Assembly (NCBI GenBank): GCA_963775425.1
Contig: CAVZJB010000003.1
Span: 96,001-160,000, forward strand
Source of the DNA: an uncultured delta proteobacterium
Lineage (GTDB): Bacteria; Myxococcota; UBA727; VGSZ01
Direction of reading: 5' to 3'
Length of the DNA: 64,000 nt
In this document: positions 56,956 to 64,000 of the stretch, in pieces
Numbering within the stretch: the first letter of the stretch is position 1
How the letters are laid out: each line of letters begins with the position of its first letter
Position numbers and translations under genes: made by a program
Notes under the pieces: generated by a model
The model's input: only the letters and a program-made list of their open reading frames with translations
Told to the model about the DNA's origin: nothing
Database searches by the model: none

Positions 56956-58496
56956 GGCTCGCCTACGCCCGCTTCAACCAGGAGACCAACGCGCTGTCTC
57001 CGGTGGCCACCACGCTGCCCGAGTTCGAGCGTACGCACCTGCTCGCGGGCGACGCGCTCGGCAGCGCGTGCACGCGGGACAACACCGAGGCCGAGGGGTT
57101 CTTGAAGAACGCCGAGCTGTCCGGCTTCGTCGCCGCGTGCCGCAAGCGGGGCGTCGAGACCGTGCCGCTGGTGTCGGCGTGGGCCGTGCCGGGCGGGCCG
57201 CTGACACGCGCGTGCTTCGACGAGATCCTCGGGCGCATCACCCGCGCGCTCGCATCGGCCATCGACGCGGGTCACGGCGGCATCGACGGCGTCTACCTCT
57301 GTTTGCATGGCGCCATGGGCGTCTTCGGCCTCGACGATCCCGAAGGTGAGATCGTGCGCCGCGTGCGCGAGATCGCGGGCGACCGCCCCATCGTCGTCAG
57401 CTACGACCTGCACGGGAACGTGACGAGGGACGTCGTCGACAACATCGAGGCGCTCGTGGCCTATGCCACCAACCCCCACCGTGACCACGCGCGCACCGGG
57501 GCCCGCTCGGCGCGCATCCTCGTCGACGCGTGCGCCAAGAAGGCGCGGCCGGTCATGGCCTGGCGCAGCCTGCCGATGCTGCTCGGCGGCGGCACCACGC
57601 TCGACTTCTTCCCGCCGCTCCTGCAGATCTTCATGCGGATGCGCGCGCTCGAGCGCAGCGGCGCGGTGCTGAGCGCGAGCCTCTTGACCTGCCACCCCTG
57701 GAACCAGAACCCCGAGACGGGCTGGTCCGTCGTCGTCGTCACCGACGGCGATCCCGCCGCCGCCGAGCGCCTCGCCGACGAGCTCGCGGAGCGCGCGTGG
57801 GCCACGCGCCACCAACTGCCGCCGGTGTTCGAGACGTCCGCCGCCGCCATCGAAAAGGCGCGCGCGGCCAAGCTGCGACGGCGCCTGGGCGCGGTGGTGC
57901 TCGCGGACGCCAGCGACGTCGTCTCCGCCGGCGCCCCCGGCGAGAGCACCGCGCTGCTGGGCGCGCTCGTGCGCGACGCGCAGGGGCTCGTGTGCTTCGC
58001 GCCCATCCGCGATCCCGCGGTGGTCGACGCGCTGTGGGACAAGAACGAGGGCGAGCTCGTCGACGTCGAGCTCGGCGGAAAGCTCGACCCGGCCAGAAAC
58101 GCGCCGTTGGCGGTGAGCGCCGTCCTCGAGAAGAAGACCCGCTCGCACGGCGTCGACCGCACGCTGGTCCTCGCCGTCGGGACGGTGAAGATCGTCGTCG
58201 TCGAGGGGCCCGCGTTGGCCATCCGGCCGGCGTTCTTCAAAAACGCGGGGCTCGATCCGTGGAAGGCCGACGTCATCGTCGTGAAGAACTTCTTCCCCTT
58301 CCGGATGTTCTTCCTGCCGCTGTCGCGCCTCACGCTCTACGTGCGCACCGCGGGCGTCACGGACTTCGACGCGTCGTTCTCGCTGACGTTCGCCGGCCCC
58401 ATGCACCCCCGTGACCCCGTCTCGGGTTGGCGCGAGACCGACGCGCGCCGCCGCGCCACCGTCCCCGAGGGCGTGGCCCGCCGCCCCGCGGCCTGA
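56952..58496 (+). CDS. M81 family metallopeptidase (MlrC-like)
   Basis: QETN..SP, LHGAM, DLHGN, Y..NPH.D and DASD...AGAPG. ATGA overlap with the upstream gene. Confidence 0.85.
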   Translation: MRLAYARFNQETNALSPVATTLPEFERTHLLAGDALGSACTRDNTEAEGFLKNAELSGFVAACRKRGVETVPLVSAWAVPGGPLTRACFDEILGRITRALASAIDAGHGGIDGVYLCLHGAMGVFGLDDPEGEIVRRVREIAGDRPIVVSYDLHGNVTRDVVDNIEALVAYATNPHRDHARTGARSARILVDACAKKARPVMAWRSLPMLLGGGTTLDFFPPLLQIFMRMRALERSGAVLSASLLTCHPWNQNPETGWSVVVVTDGDPAAAERLADELAERAWATRHQLPPVFETSAAAIEKARAAKLRRRLGAVVLADASDVVSAGAPGESTALLGALVRDAQGLVCFAPIRDPAVVDALWDKNEGELVDVELGGKLDPARNAPLAVSAVLEKKTRSHGVDRTLVLAVGTVKIVVVEGPALAIRPAFFKNAGLDPWKADVIVVKNFFPFRMFFLPLSRLTLYVRTAGVTDFDASFSLTFAGPMHPRDPVSGWRETDARRRATVPEGVARRPAA

Positions 58497-58567
58497 TCGC
58501 GCTCGCGCGGAGCGAGTCGCTCAAGGTTTCGCCCCGCCGGGCCGATGCGAGCTCAGGAGGTGCGGAG

Positions 58568-58903
58568 ATGCAGCACAACCTCTTCGAGACATCGGACCGG
58601 CGCAGCGAGCGGAGGCGCGCGCTTGCGCTGGAGGGGTGGTTGCGCACACCCGACGGCGCCATCGCCGGCGTCGCCGTCCTCGACCTGTCCGCGGGCGGCG
58701 CGGGCCTCGCGGTGCTCGCCGCCGAGCCCGTCGAGGTGGGCGATCGCGTCGAGCTCGCGGTGGACCTCGGCCCCGGCGTCGAGGACGCGTGGATCCCCGG
58801 CCTGGTGCGCTGGCGCCGCCACGACCGGCTCGGGGTCTCCTTCGGCGCGCTCCCCACCCGCGTGCGCCGCGCCATCGCGCGCACGCTCGAGCACGCGTCG
58901 TGA
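58568..58903 (+). CDS. Stand-alone PilZ domain protein
   Basis: RRSER and DLSAGG c-di-GMP-binding motifs, VRW...GVSF. AGGAGG upstream. Confidence 0.85.
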   Translation: MQHNLFETSDRRSERRRALALEGWLRTPDGAIAGVAVLDLSAGGAGLAVLAAEPVEVGDRVELAVDLGPGVEDAWIPGLVRWRRHDRLGVSFGALPTRVRRAIARTLEHAS

Positions 58904-59598
58904 GCCAGGGAGCGAGCTCCCGCGAGCGCAGGAGGCACCCGCGCGCGCCGCTGTCCATCCCGGCGACCCTCCTCGCCCCGAGGGCGGCGCCCGTCCGCTG
59001 CGCCGTCGAGAACCTCTCCGCGGGCGGGGCGCTGTTGAACGTGCCGGTGCCCGTGGACCACGAGGGGCCGCTGCGCGTGCGCCTGCGGCTCGGCGGGGGC
59101 GACGTCTACGCCACCGCGCGCGTCGTGCGGCGCCGCTCGGGCGTCAACGGCGACAACCTCGTCGCCGTCGCCTTCCGCGACGTTTCGCCCTCGAACGCGA
59201 AGGCCATCGCGCGCGCGGTGGAGTGCGCCAGCGCGCCGGTGCGCGTGCTCGTGGTCGACGACGACGAGGTCGTCCGCGGCGCCCTCGTCCGCGAGCTGTG
59301 GAAGCTCGGTGCCTCCGCGTTCCAGGTGGGCACCCTCGCCGCCGCCGTCGACGAGCTCGCTGACATGACCGCCTCCATCGACGTCGCCGTCGTCGACGCG
59401 CGCCTCGCCCCCGGAGACGGGCTCGCGCTCCTGCGGCACATCGCCACCGAGCAGCCCCAGATCCGGCGGGTGCTCATGTCGGGCCTGTTGAGCGCGGCCG
59501 AGCGCATGCGCGCCCAGACCTCGGGCGTCGCCGAGCACGTCATCGAGAAGCCCTGGGCGCACGCGGACCTCGAGCGCATCCTGCGCCCGGCGACCTAG
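58900..59598 (+). CDS. PilZ-receiver (REC) domain protein
   Basis: RRRHPR and NLSAGG, then REC motifs VLVVDDD, VVD..L..GDG, MSG and KPW. GTGA overlap. Confidence 0.85.
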   Translation: MSQGASSRERRRHPRAPLSIPATLLAPRAAPVRCAVENLSAGGALLNVPVPVDHEGPLRVRLRLGGGDVYATARVVRRRSGVNGDNLVAVAFRDVSPSNAKAIARAVECASAPVRVLVVDDDEVVRGALVRELWKLGASAFQVGTLAAAVDELADMTASIDVAVVDARLAPGDGLALLRHIATEQPQIRRVLMSGLLSAAERMRAQTSGVAEHVIEKPWAHADLERILRPAT

Positions 59599-59621
59599 GC
59601 TGCGACCTGGGCTGGGGCGGG

Positions 59622-61238
59622 TCAGCGGCCCGCGACGACCTTCTCGGCCTCGAGCGCCACGGGGTACAGCAGCAGCGCCGGATCGCTGTTGCCCTCGTTG
59701 AGCGCGTTCACCGGCGTCCACGCGGCCACGCCGAGCAGGTGCCCGTCCGGCGAGAAGCGCACGCGACGCACGAGCCACGCGAGCTCCCGCTCGGCGACGC
59801 GCTCGCCGGTGACGGCGTCGAACACGAGGACGCGCTTGTCCCAGCCGCCGGTGACGACGGTGCGGCCGTCGGGAGAGATGGCGGCGGTGGTGGTGAAGCC
59901 GTGCTGGCCGACGAAGCTCTTGGAGAGCGCGCCCTTGTCGAGGTCGACCAGGGCGGCGCCGCTCTTGGGCGACGGATCGGGGTAGATGCCCTTCTTCTCG
60001 CGATCGTACAGGTCGAAGCTCCGCTCGGCCTTCTTCTCGCTGAACGACACGAGGACCTCGGGGACCTGGCCGGGGCCGACGGCGCGGCTCATGTCGATGT
60101 CGGTGCCGGGGCCGGGCAGGGCGATGGTCTTGTCGAGCGCGAGGGTGACGGCGCCGTCGACCATCACGGCCTTGTCCGCGGCGTCGGTGGGCTTGACGAT
60201 GATCTCGTCCTTGGCGACGTCGTCGATGAAGGTGGCGCGGGCGAGCGCGGGCCCGCCGAGGACGAGCTCGGCGCCCGGCGGCACGCAGTCGTCGCACACG
60301 GCCGCGGTGAGCGCGCCGAGATCGAGCGTGCCGACGTGCACACGCCCGAGGGACACGGGGCTGCCGGTGGCGGGGCCGCCCGGCGTCATGACCGCGAGCG
60401 GCTGCGCGTCCTCCGGCGGGCTCAAGCTCAGGCGCTTCACCGCCGCGGTGGTGATGGCGCAGCTCGGCTGCCGCACGTCGCGGACGCTGGAGATGGCCTT
60501 GGCGCCGTCGAGGTGCGCGAGGAACACGCGCTCGCCCGTCTTGAGCGCCGTGGCCGCCACCCGCACCGAGGGGTCCTTGGAGGGCACCACGCGGCTCACC
60601 TTGAGCGTGCCGTCGAAGGAGGTGGACAGGAGGCGGCCGTCCGGCAGGAACGCGAGGCCGTGCACCTCGTCGTCGTGGATGCGGGCCTCGCCGCGCACGA
60701 CGAAGGTCCCCGGATCGAGCAGGAGCACGCGGCCGTCGACGCTGCCGAACGCCAGGATCCCGTGGTCCGGCGAGAGCGCCACGCGCACGAGCCCGATGCC
60801 CGCGATGTACTCGTGCAGCACGGAGCCCGTCTTGGCGTCGAACGCGCGCGCGATGCCCTGGCGGCTCGGCACCGCGATGCTCCCGCGGCCCGGGCCGTCG
60901 TCGACGATGATGACGTCCTCGACGTCGAACTCGCTGGAGTTCACCGGCTGTTGGAAGCGCGGCCGCAGCGGCTCGATCTGGGTGGCGGTGAGCTCCATGC
61001 TCTTGGTGACGTGGTGGACGAAGGCGAGCTGGTTGTCCTTGCCGAACGCGAGCGCATAGATGAAGTCGCGGCGGTTGACGACCTGAGGCGTGCCGAGGCC
61101 CCGCGGCGCCCCGGTGACGAAGCCGCCGGGCTTGTCCTTCAAGGCTGCGGTGACGCCGGGGTCGACCGGCTCGGCCGTGGTGCACCCGCCGGAGACGGCG
61201 GCGCACGTGACGACGACGATCGGGAGAAAAGCGCGCAT
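59622..61238 (-). CDS. WD40/beta-propeller lipoprotein with inserted retropepsin-like domain
   Basis: SGGC lipobox and WD repeats (HDDEVHGLAF.PDG..LSTSFDGTLKV; SPDG..VVTGGWDK.V.VFD). Confidence 0.75.
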   Translation of the reverse strand: MRAFLPIVVVTCAAVSGGCTTAEPVDPGVTAALKDKPGGFVTGAPRGLGTPQVVNRRDFIYALAFGKDNQLAFVHHVTKSMELTATQIEPLRPRFQQPVNSSEFDVEDVIIVDDGPGRGSIAVPSRQGIARAFDAKTGSVLHEYIAGIGLVRVALSPDHGILAFGSVDGRVLLLDPGTFVVRGEARIHDDEVHGLAFLPDGRLLSTSFDGTLKVSRVVPSKDPSVRVAATALKTGERVFLAHLDGAKAISSVRDVRQPSCAITTAAVKRLSLSPPEDAQPLAVMTPGGPATGSPVSLGRVHVGTLDLGALTAAVCDDCVPPGAELVLGGPALARATFIDDVAKDEIIVKPTDAADKAVMVDGAVTLALDKTIALPGPGTDIDMSRAVGPGQVPEVLVSFSEKKAERSFDLYDREKKGIYPDPSPKSGAALVDLDKGALSKSFVGQHGFTTTAAISPDGRTVVTGGWDKRVLVFDAVTGERVAERELAWLVRRVRFSPDGHLLGVAAWTPVNALNEGNSDPALLLYPVALEAEKVVAGR

Positions 61239-61289
61239 CCGCGAGAGCTATCGGCTATCGTCGCCGTCGACAACACCGAAGGAAGCGGC

Positions 61290-62474
61290 GTGACGGAGAC
61301 GACGGTCACCATCAAGGGAAGGGCGCCCGGCGAGGCCGACTTCTTCTATACGCTCGATCGCGTCCTCGGCGGCCTGCTCGCCGCCCTGAAGGCGGGCCGC
61401 ATCGACGAGGCTGTCGACGTCTACTCGCGCTGCCGCGAGGACATCGGCTTCCAGCTCATCTCGCGCGCGCAGGCGGACCCGGACCTGTTCAAGCAGGTCG
61501 CCAACCTCTTCTTCCGCTCACGCGACTTCGCGCGCGCCGCCTACTGTTGCGAGAACCTCGAGGAGCACGACAAGGCAGCCGCGCTCTACGAACGCTGCGA
61601 CGACTTCGCCCACGCCGCGCAGATGTACGCGGCCAACGGCGACCACCAGAAGGCCGCGGAGATGTTCGAGAAGGCCGGCAACCTCGTCGAGGCGGCGCGC
61701 CTGTTCCGGGAGCTCGGCGAGGACCTGCGCTGCGCGGGCTGCTACGAGCGCGCCGGCCGCCACTTCGACGCAGCCACGGCCTACCAGCGCGCCGGCCGCT
61801 TCGAGAAGGCCATCGAGATCCTCAACCTCATCGACGAGGACAGCCCCGAGCGCAAGGTGGCCAACAAGCTCATCAAGGAGCTGATGGCGCAGACCAACCT
61901 CAAGCGCGCGGCCACCGGACAGATCGCGGCGGCGAGCATCCCCCCCGAATCCCCGGCGTCAGCGCCCGCGCCGGTCGCCATCCCCGAGCCCATCCTCGTC
62001 GGCGGCGGGCAGCTCCCCGCGAGCGGCAAGGGCATCGTCACGGTGATGGAGGGCTTCGAGCACTTGAAGGACCTGCCGCTGTTCGCGGAGCTGTCGCTCA
62101 CCGAGCTCAAGAGCATCTATCACCTGTGCGAGATCGCCTCGCTCGACGCCGGTGACACCCTCATCCAGGCGGGCCAGCCGGCGCCGGCGCTCTTCGTCGT
62201 CATGGCCGGCGAGGTGGAGGTGAGGACGCCGGGTGGGGACCACGTCACCATGCTCGGCATCGGCCAGCACGCGGGCGAGATGAGCCTCGTCGACGACGCC
62301 GCCGCGGGCGTCGACGTCGTCGCCGCCTCTGCGTGCCGCGTCCTGCGCCTGGACAAGCGCGGCTTCCGGGACGTCCTCGCCAGCAACGACGCGCTCGCGC
62401 TGCGCGTCACGCGTGTGTTCCTGCGCGTGCTCACGGAGCGACTGCGGGAGACCACCGCGAGGCTCGGGCGGTGA
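61290..62474 (+). CDS. TPR-like repeats plus cyclic-nucleotide-binding domain protein
   Basis: AA.MFEKAG-type repeats and cNMP domain PLFAELS...G.VEV...GEMSLVD. Confidence 0.8.
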   Translation: MTETTVTIKGRAPGEADFFYTLDRVLGGLLAALKAGRIDEAVDVYSRCREDIGFQLISRAQADPDLFKQVANLFFRSRDFARAAYCCENLEEHDKAAALYERCDDFAHAAQMYAANGDHQKAAEMFEKAGNLVEAARLFRELGEDLRCAGCYERAGRHFDAATAYQRAGRFEKAIEILNLIDEDSPERKVANKLIKELMAQTNLKRAATGQIAAASIPPESPASAPAPVAIPEPILVGGGQLPASGKGIVTVMEGFEHLKDLPLFAELSLTELKSIYHLCEIASLDAGDTLIQAGQPAPALFVVMAGEVEVRTPGGDHVTMLGIGQHAGEMSLVDDAAAGVDVVAASACRVLRLDKRGFRDVLASNDALALRVTRVFLRVLTERLRETTARLGR

Positions 62475-62478
62475 CATC

Positions 62479-63165
62479 ATGAGCATCTACGATCCATCGT
62501 CGACACCCACGGTGAACTTCGGCGTGGTGTTCCACAACCTCGAGCAGTACCGGCAGCTCGTGCACAAGCTGGCGTCGTCGCCGCTCGTCGCGAGCGCGGA
62601 CTTCACCTACGCGGCGCCCATCTACAAGGGCAGCGAGCGCATCAAGGAGGCGCTCGGCCGCGCCGAGAGCGCCCTCGACAAATTCGACGTCTATTTCGAA
62701 AACGCCCTCGCCGACGAGCCCGAGCGTGTCCGCTTCGCGCGCATGTTCCACGCGGCGTACCTGCGCAAATACCCGGCGAGCGAGCGCACCGATCTCTTCC
62801 TCGCGTCCGGCGACGTCTTGAAATTCTCCTTCGAGCTCGTGCCGCCGAGCGCCCTGGAGAACCCCGGTCAGGCCCTCGACGCCGTCGCGCGCACGCCGCA
62901 CGATCAGCACGTCCTCGAGAAGCTCCAGGCGGGCGAGCCCATCGATCGCGCCCACCTGCGCGCCGACCTCAAGGTCTTCTTCGACCACGTCATGAACCCG
63001 CGCCGCCGCGAGATCCCGCGCGTGCAGCAGGCCATGGCCGAGCTCGGCGCCGAGGAGCCGTACATCCTCGAGCTCGTCACCAACGGCGGGATGCCCGGGT
63101 ACATCTACTACACGGTGCATCCCCTCGTGCACGCCACCGGCGGCCGCCTCGTCCTTTTGACCTGA
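62479..63165 (+). CDS. Hypothetical protein
   Basis: 228-aa ORF with strong coding bias, starting 4 nt after the upstream stop. Confidence 0.75.
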   Translation: MSIYDPSSTPTVNFGVVFHNLEQYRQLVHKLASSPLVASADFTYAAPIYKGSERIKEALGRAESALDKFDVYFENALADEPERVRFARMFHAAYLRKYPASERTDLFLASGDVLKFSFELVPPSALENPGQALDAVARTPHDQHVLEKLQAGEPIDRAHLRADLKVFFDHVMNPRRREIPRVQQAMAELGAEEPYILELVTNGGMPGYIYYTVHPLVHATGGRLVLLT

Positions 63166-63166
63166 A

Positions 63167-63493
63167 AGGCTGACGAAAAACACGGCTCGTAGCAGCACTC
63201 GGCGAAGCCGCATAAAGGTGGCTCGCCGCGCGGAGTACGTGGCGAGGCACGTCGGCCCGCAAGAACCGCTGCAGGTTGTGAGGAAACGGCGGGTCCGAGC
63301 GGTGTCGTGATCCCGCTATCAGCGCACCTGGCGGGTTCGTGCGGGTCGTGTGCGCGCCGACGTGCCTCGATGCGACGTTGGCGCGGACTTCAGGCGGTGA
63401 GCTTCGCGAGGTTCTGCAGCAGGTTGAAGGCCACGGCTGCCATCAGGGTGAGGAGCTTGTCGTGGCTCGGATCAACACGTTCCGCGTCAGCCT
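63167..63493. mobile_element. Possible MITE or IS remnant (IS4/IS5/IS1182-like ends)
   Basis: Terminal IR AGGCTGACG (63167) / CGTCAGCCT (63485-63493), with the left end reading AGGCTGACGAAAAA. Minus-strand fragment ...LMAAVAFNLLQNLAKLTA* ends at 63390. Confidence 0.45.
63226..63386 (+). ncRNA. Candidate rod-shaped structured RNA
   Basis: Perfect 14-bp IR (63243-63256 / 63356-63369) with nested and flanking stems. G-U pairs favour the + strand. Confidence 0.4.
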
Positions 63494-63585
63494 CTGCGCG
63501 AGCGCACGGGGAGAAATTTCGTTCGGTCCCGAGACGCTCGCGCGCCGCGAGGGTGATGAACAACGAGGCTGTGATACATCACGTC

Positions 63586-64000
63586 ATGCTCGCTGTTGTG
63601 TGCGTTGCGCTCCTCCCGGCCGCGTCCGCGCCGGCCAACCCGCCCAAGCCGCCCAAGCCGGCGCACCTCAAGGTGCTTGTCCTCGACGTCAACAGCGAGG
63701 AGTTCACGGAGGGCGAGAAGGTGACCATCGCGAACCTCGAAGCCGCGCACCTCTCGGAGGAGCCGGGGCTCGAGGTGCTTTCGGGCCAGGACCTCAAGCA
63801 GCTCGTGGCGCTGCAGGGCGATGCGGAGGACATCGGCGTCAACGGCCATTGCACCGACGCCTGCATGGCCGAGCTCGCCGGCACCATCGGCGCCGGGGTC
63901 GTCGTCGCCACGCAGGTGGGCAAGCTCGGCGACACCATCGTGGTGACGCTCTCCGTGTTCGACGCTGCCAAGGCGAGGAGCGTCTCGCGCAAGTCCTTCC
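63586..64000 (+). CDS. Secreted hypothetical protein, partial (myxobacterial TolB-N/CsgG-like domain)
   Basis: Signal peptide MLAVVCVALLPAASA, KVLVLD and CTDACMAELAGTIGA..VV...VGKLG. Runs off the window. Alternative start at 63556. Confidence 0.7.
   Translation, partial: MLAVVCVALLPAASAPANPPKPPKPAHLKVLVLDVNSEEFTEGEKVTIANLEAAHLSEEPGLEVLSGQDLKQLVALQGDAEDIGVNGHCTDACMAELAGTIGAGVVVATQVGKLGDTIVVTLSVFDAAKARSVSRKSF

Noticed and set aside
63226-63386. Calling the rod structure 6S RNA or an IS110/IS1111 bridge/seek RNA
   Set aside because: There is no zapA/ygfA context or clear central bubble, and the adjacent peptide does not resemble an IS110 C-terminus. It is left as an unassigned candidate.

Overview
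This is a very GC-rich, gene-dense chromosomal window with Myxococcota-like hallmarks: MYXO-CTERM-type tails, a GltJ/AgmX-like zinc-ribbon/GYF protein, a DUF1501 operon and a Hanks-type kinase. About 60 CDSs can be supported. Housekeeping genes include an rlmI-like methyltransferase, pyrC, greB, rpsA, hutU and hutI. There is an NHEJ Ku-LigD pair and a set of lipid-handling genes: a cholesterol-oxidase-like GMC enzyme, two SCP2 proteins, a CaiB/AMACR-like transferase, a PAP2-desaturase-AKR trio and an S1P-lyase-like PLP enzyme coupled to an M81 peptidase. Also present are a type IV minor-pilin cassette with an unusually large Cys-rich PilX-like protein, an HTTM/spermidine-synthase operon and PilZ/cNMP signalling genes. 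I saw no tRNA, rRNA, CRISPR array, prophage or intact transposase. The most notable items are: two paralogous Zn-ribbon/wHTH-like/TPR proteins with amphipathic tails, one coupled to hutI; an IR-bounded element of about 330 bp holding a rod-like RNA-type structure of about 160 nt; the pilin cassette; the S1P-lyase/M81 operon; and an uncalled 41-aa ORF. All product calls rest on motifs recognised by eye, with no database searches. Many start codons were re-chosen relative to the ORF track.
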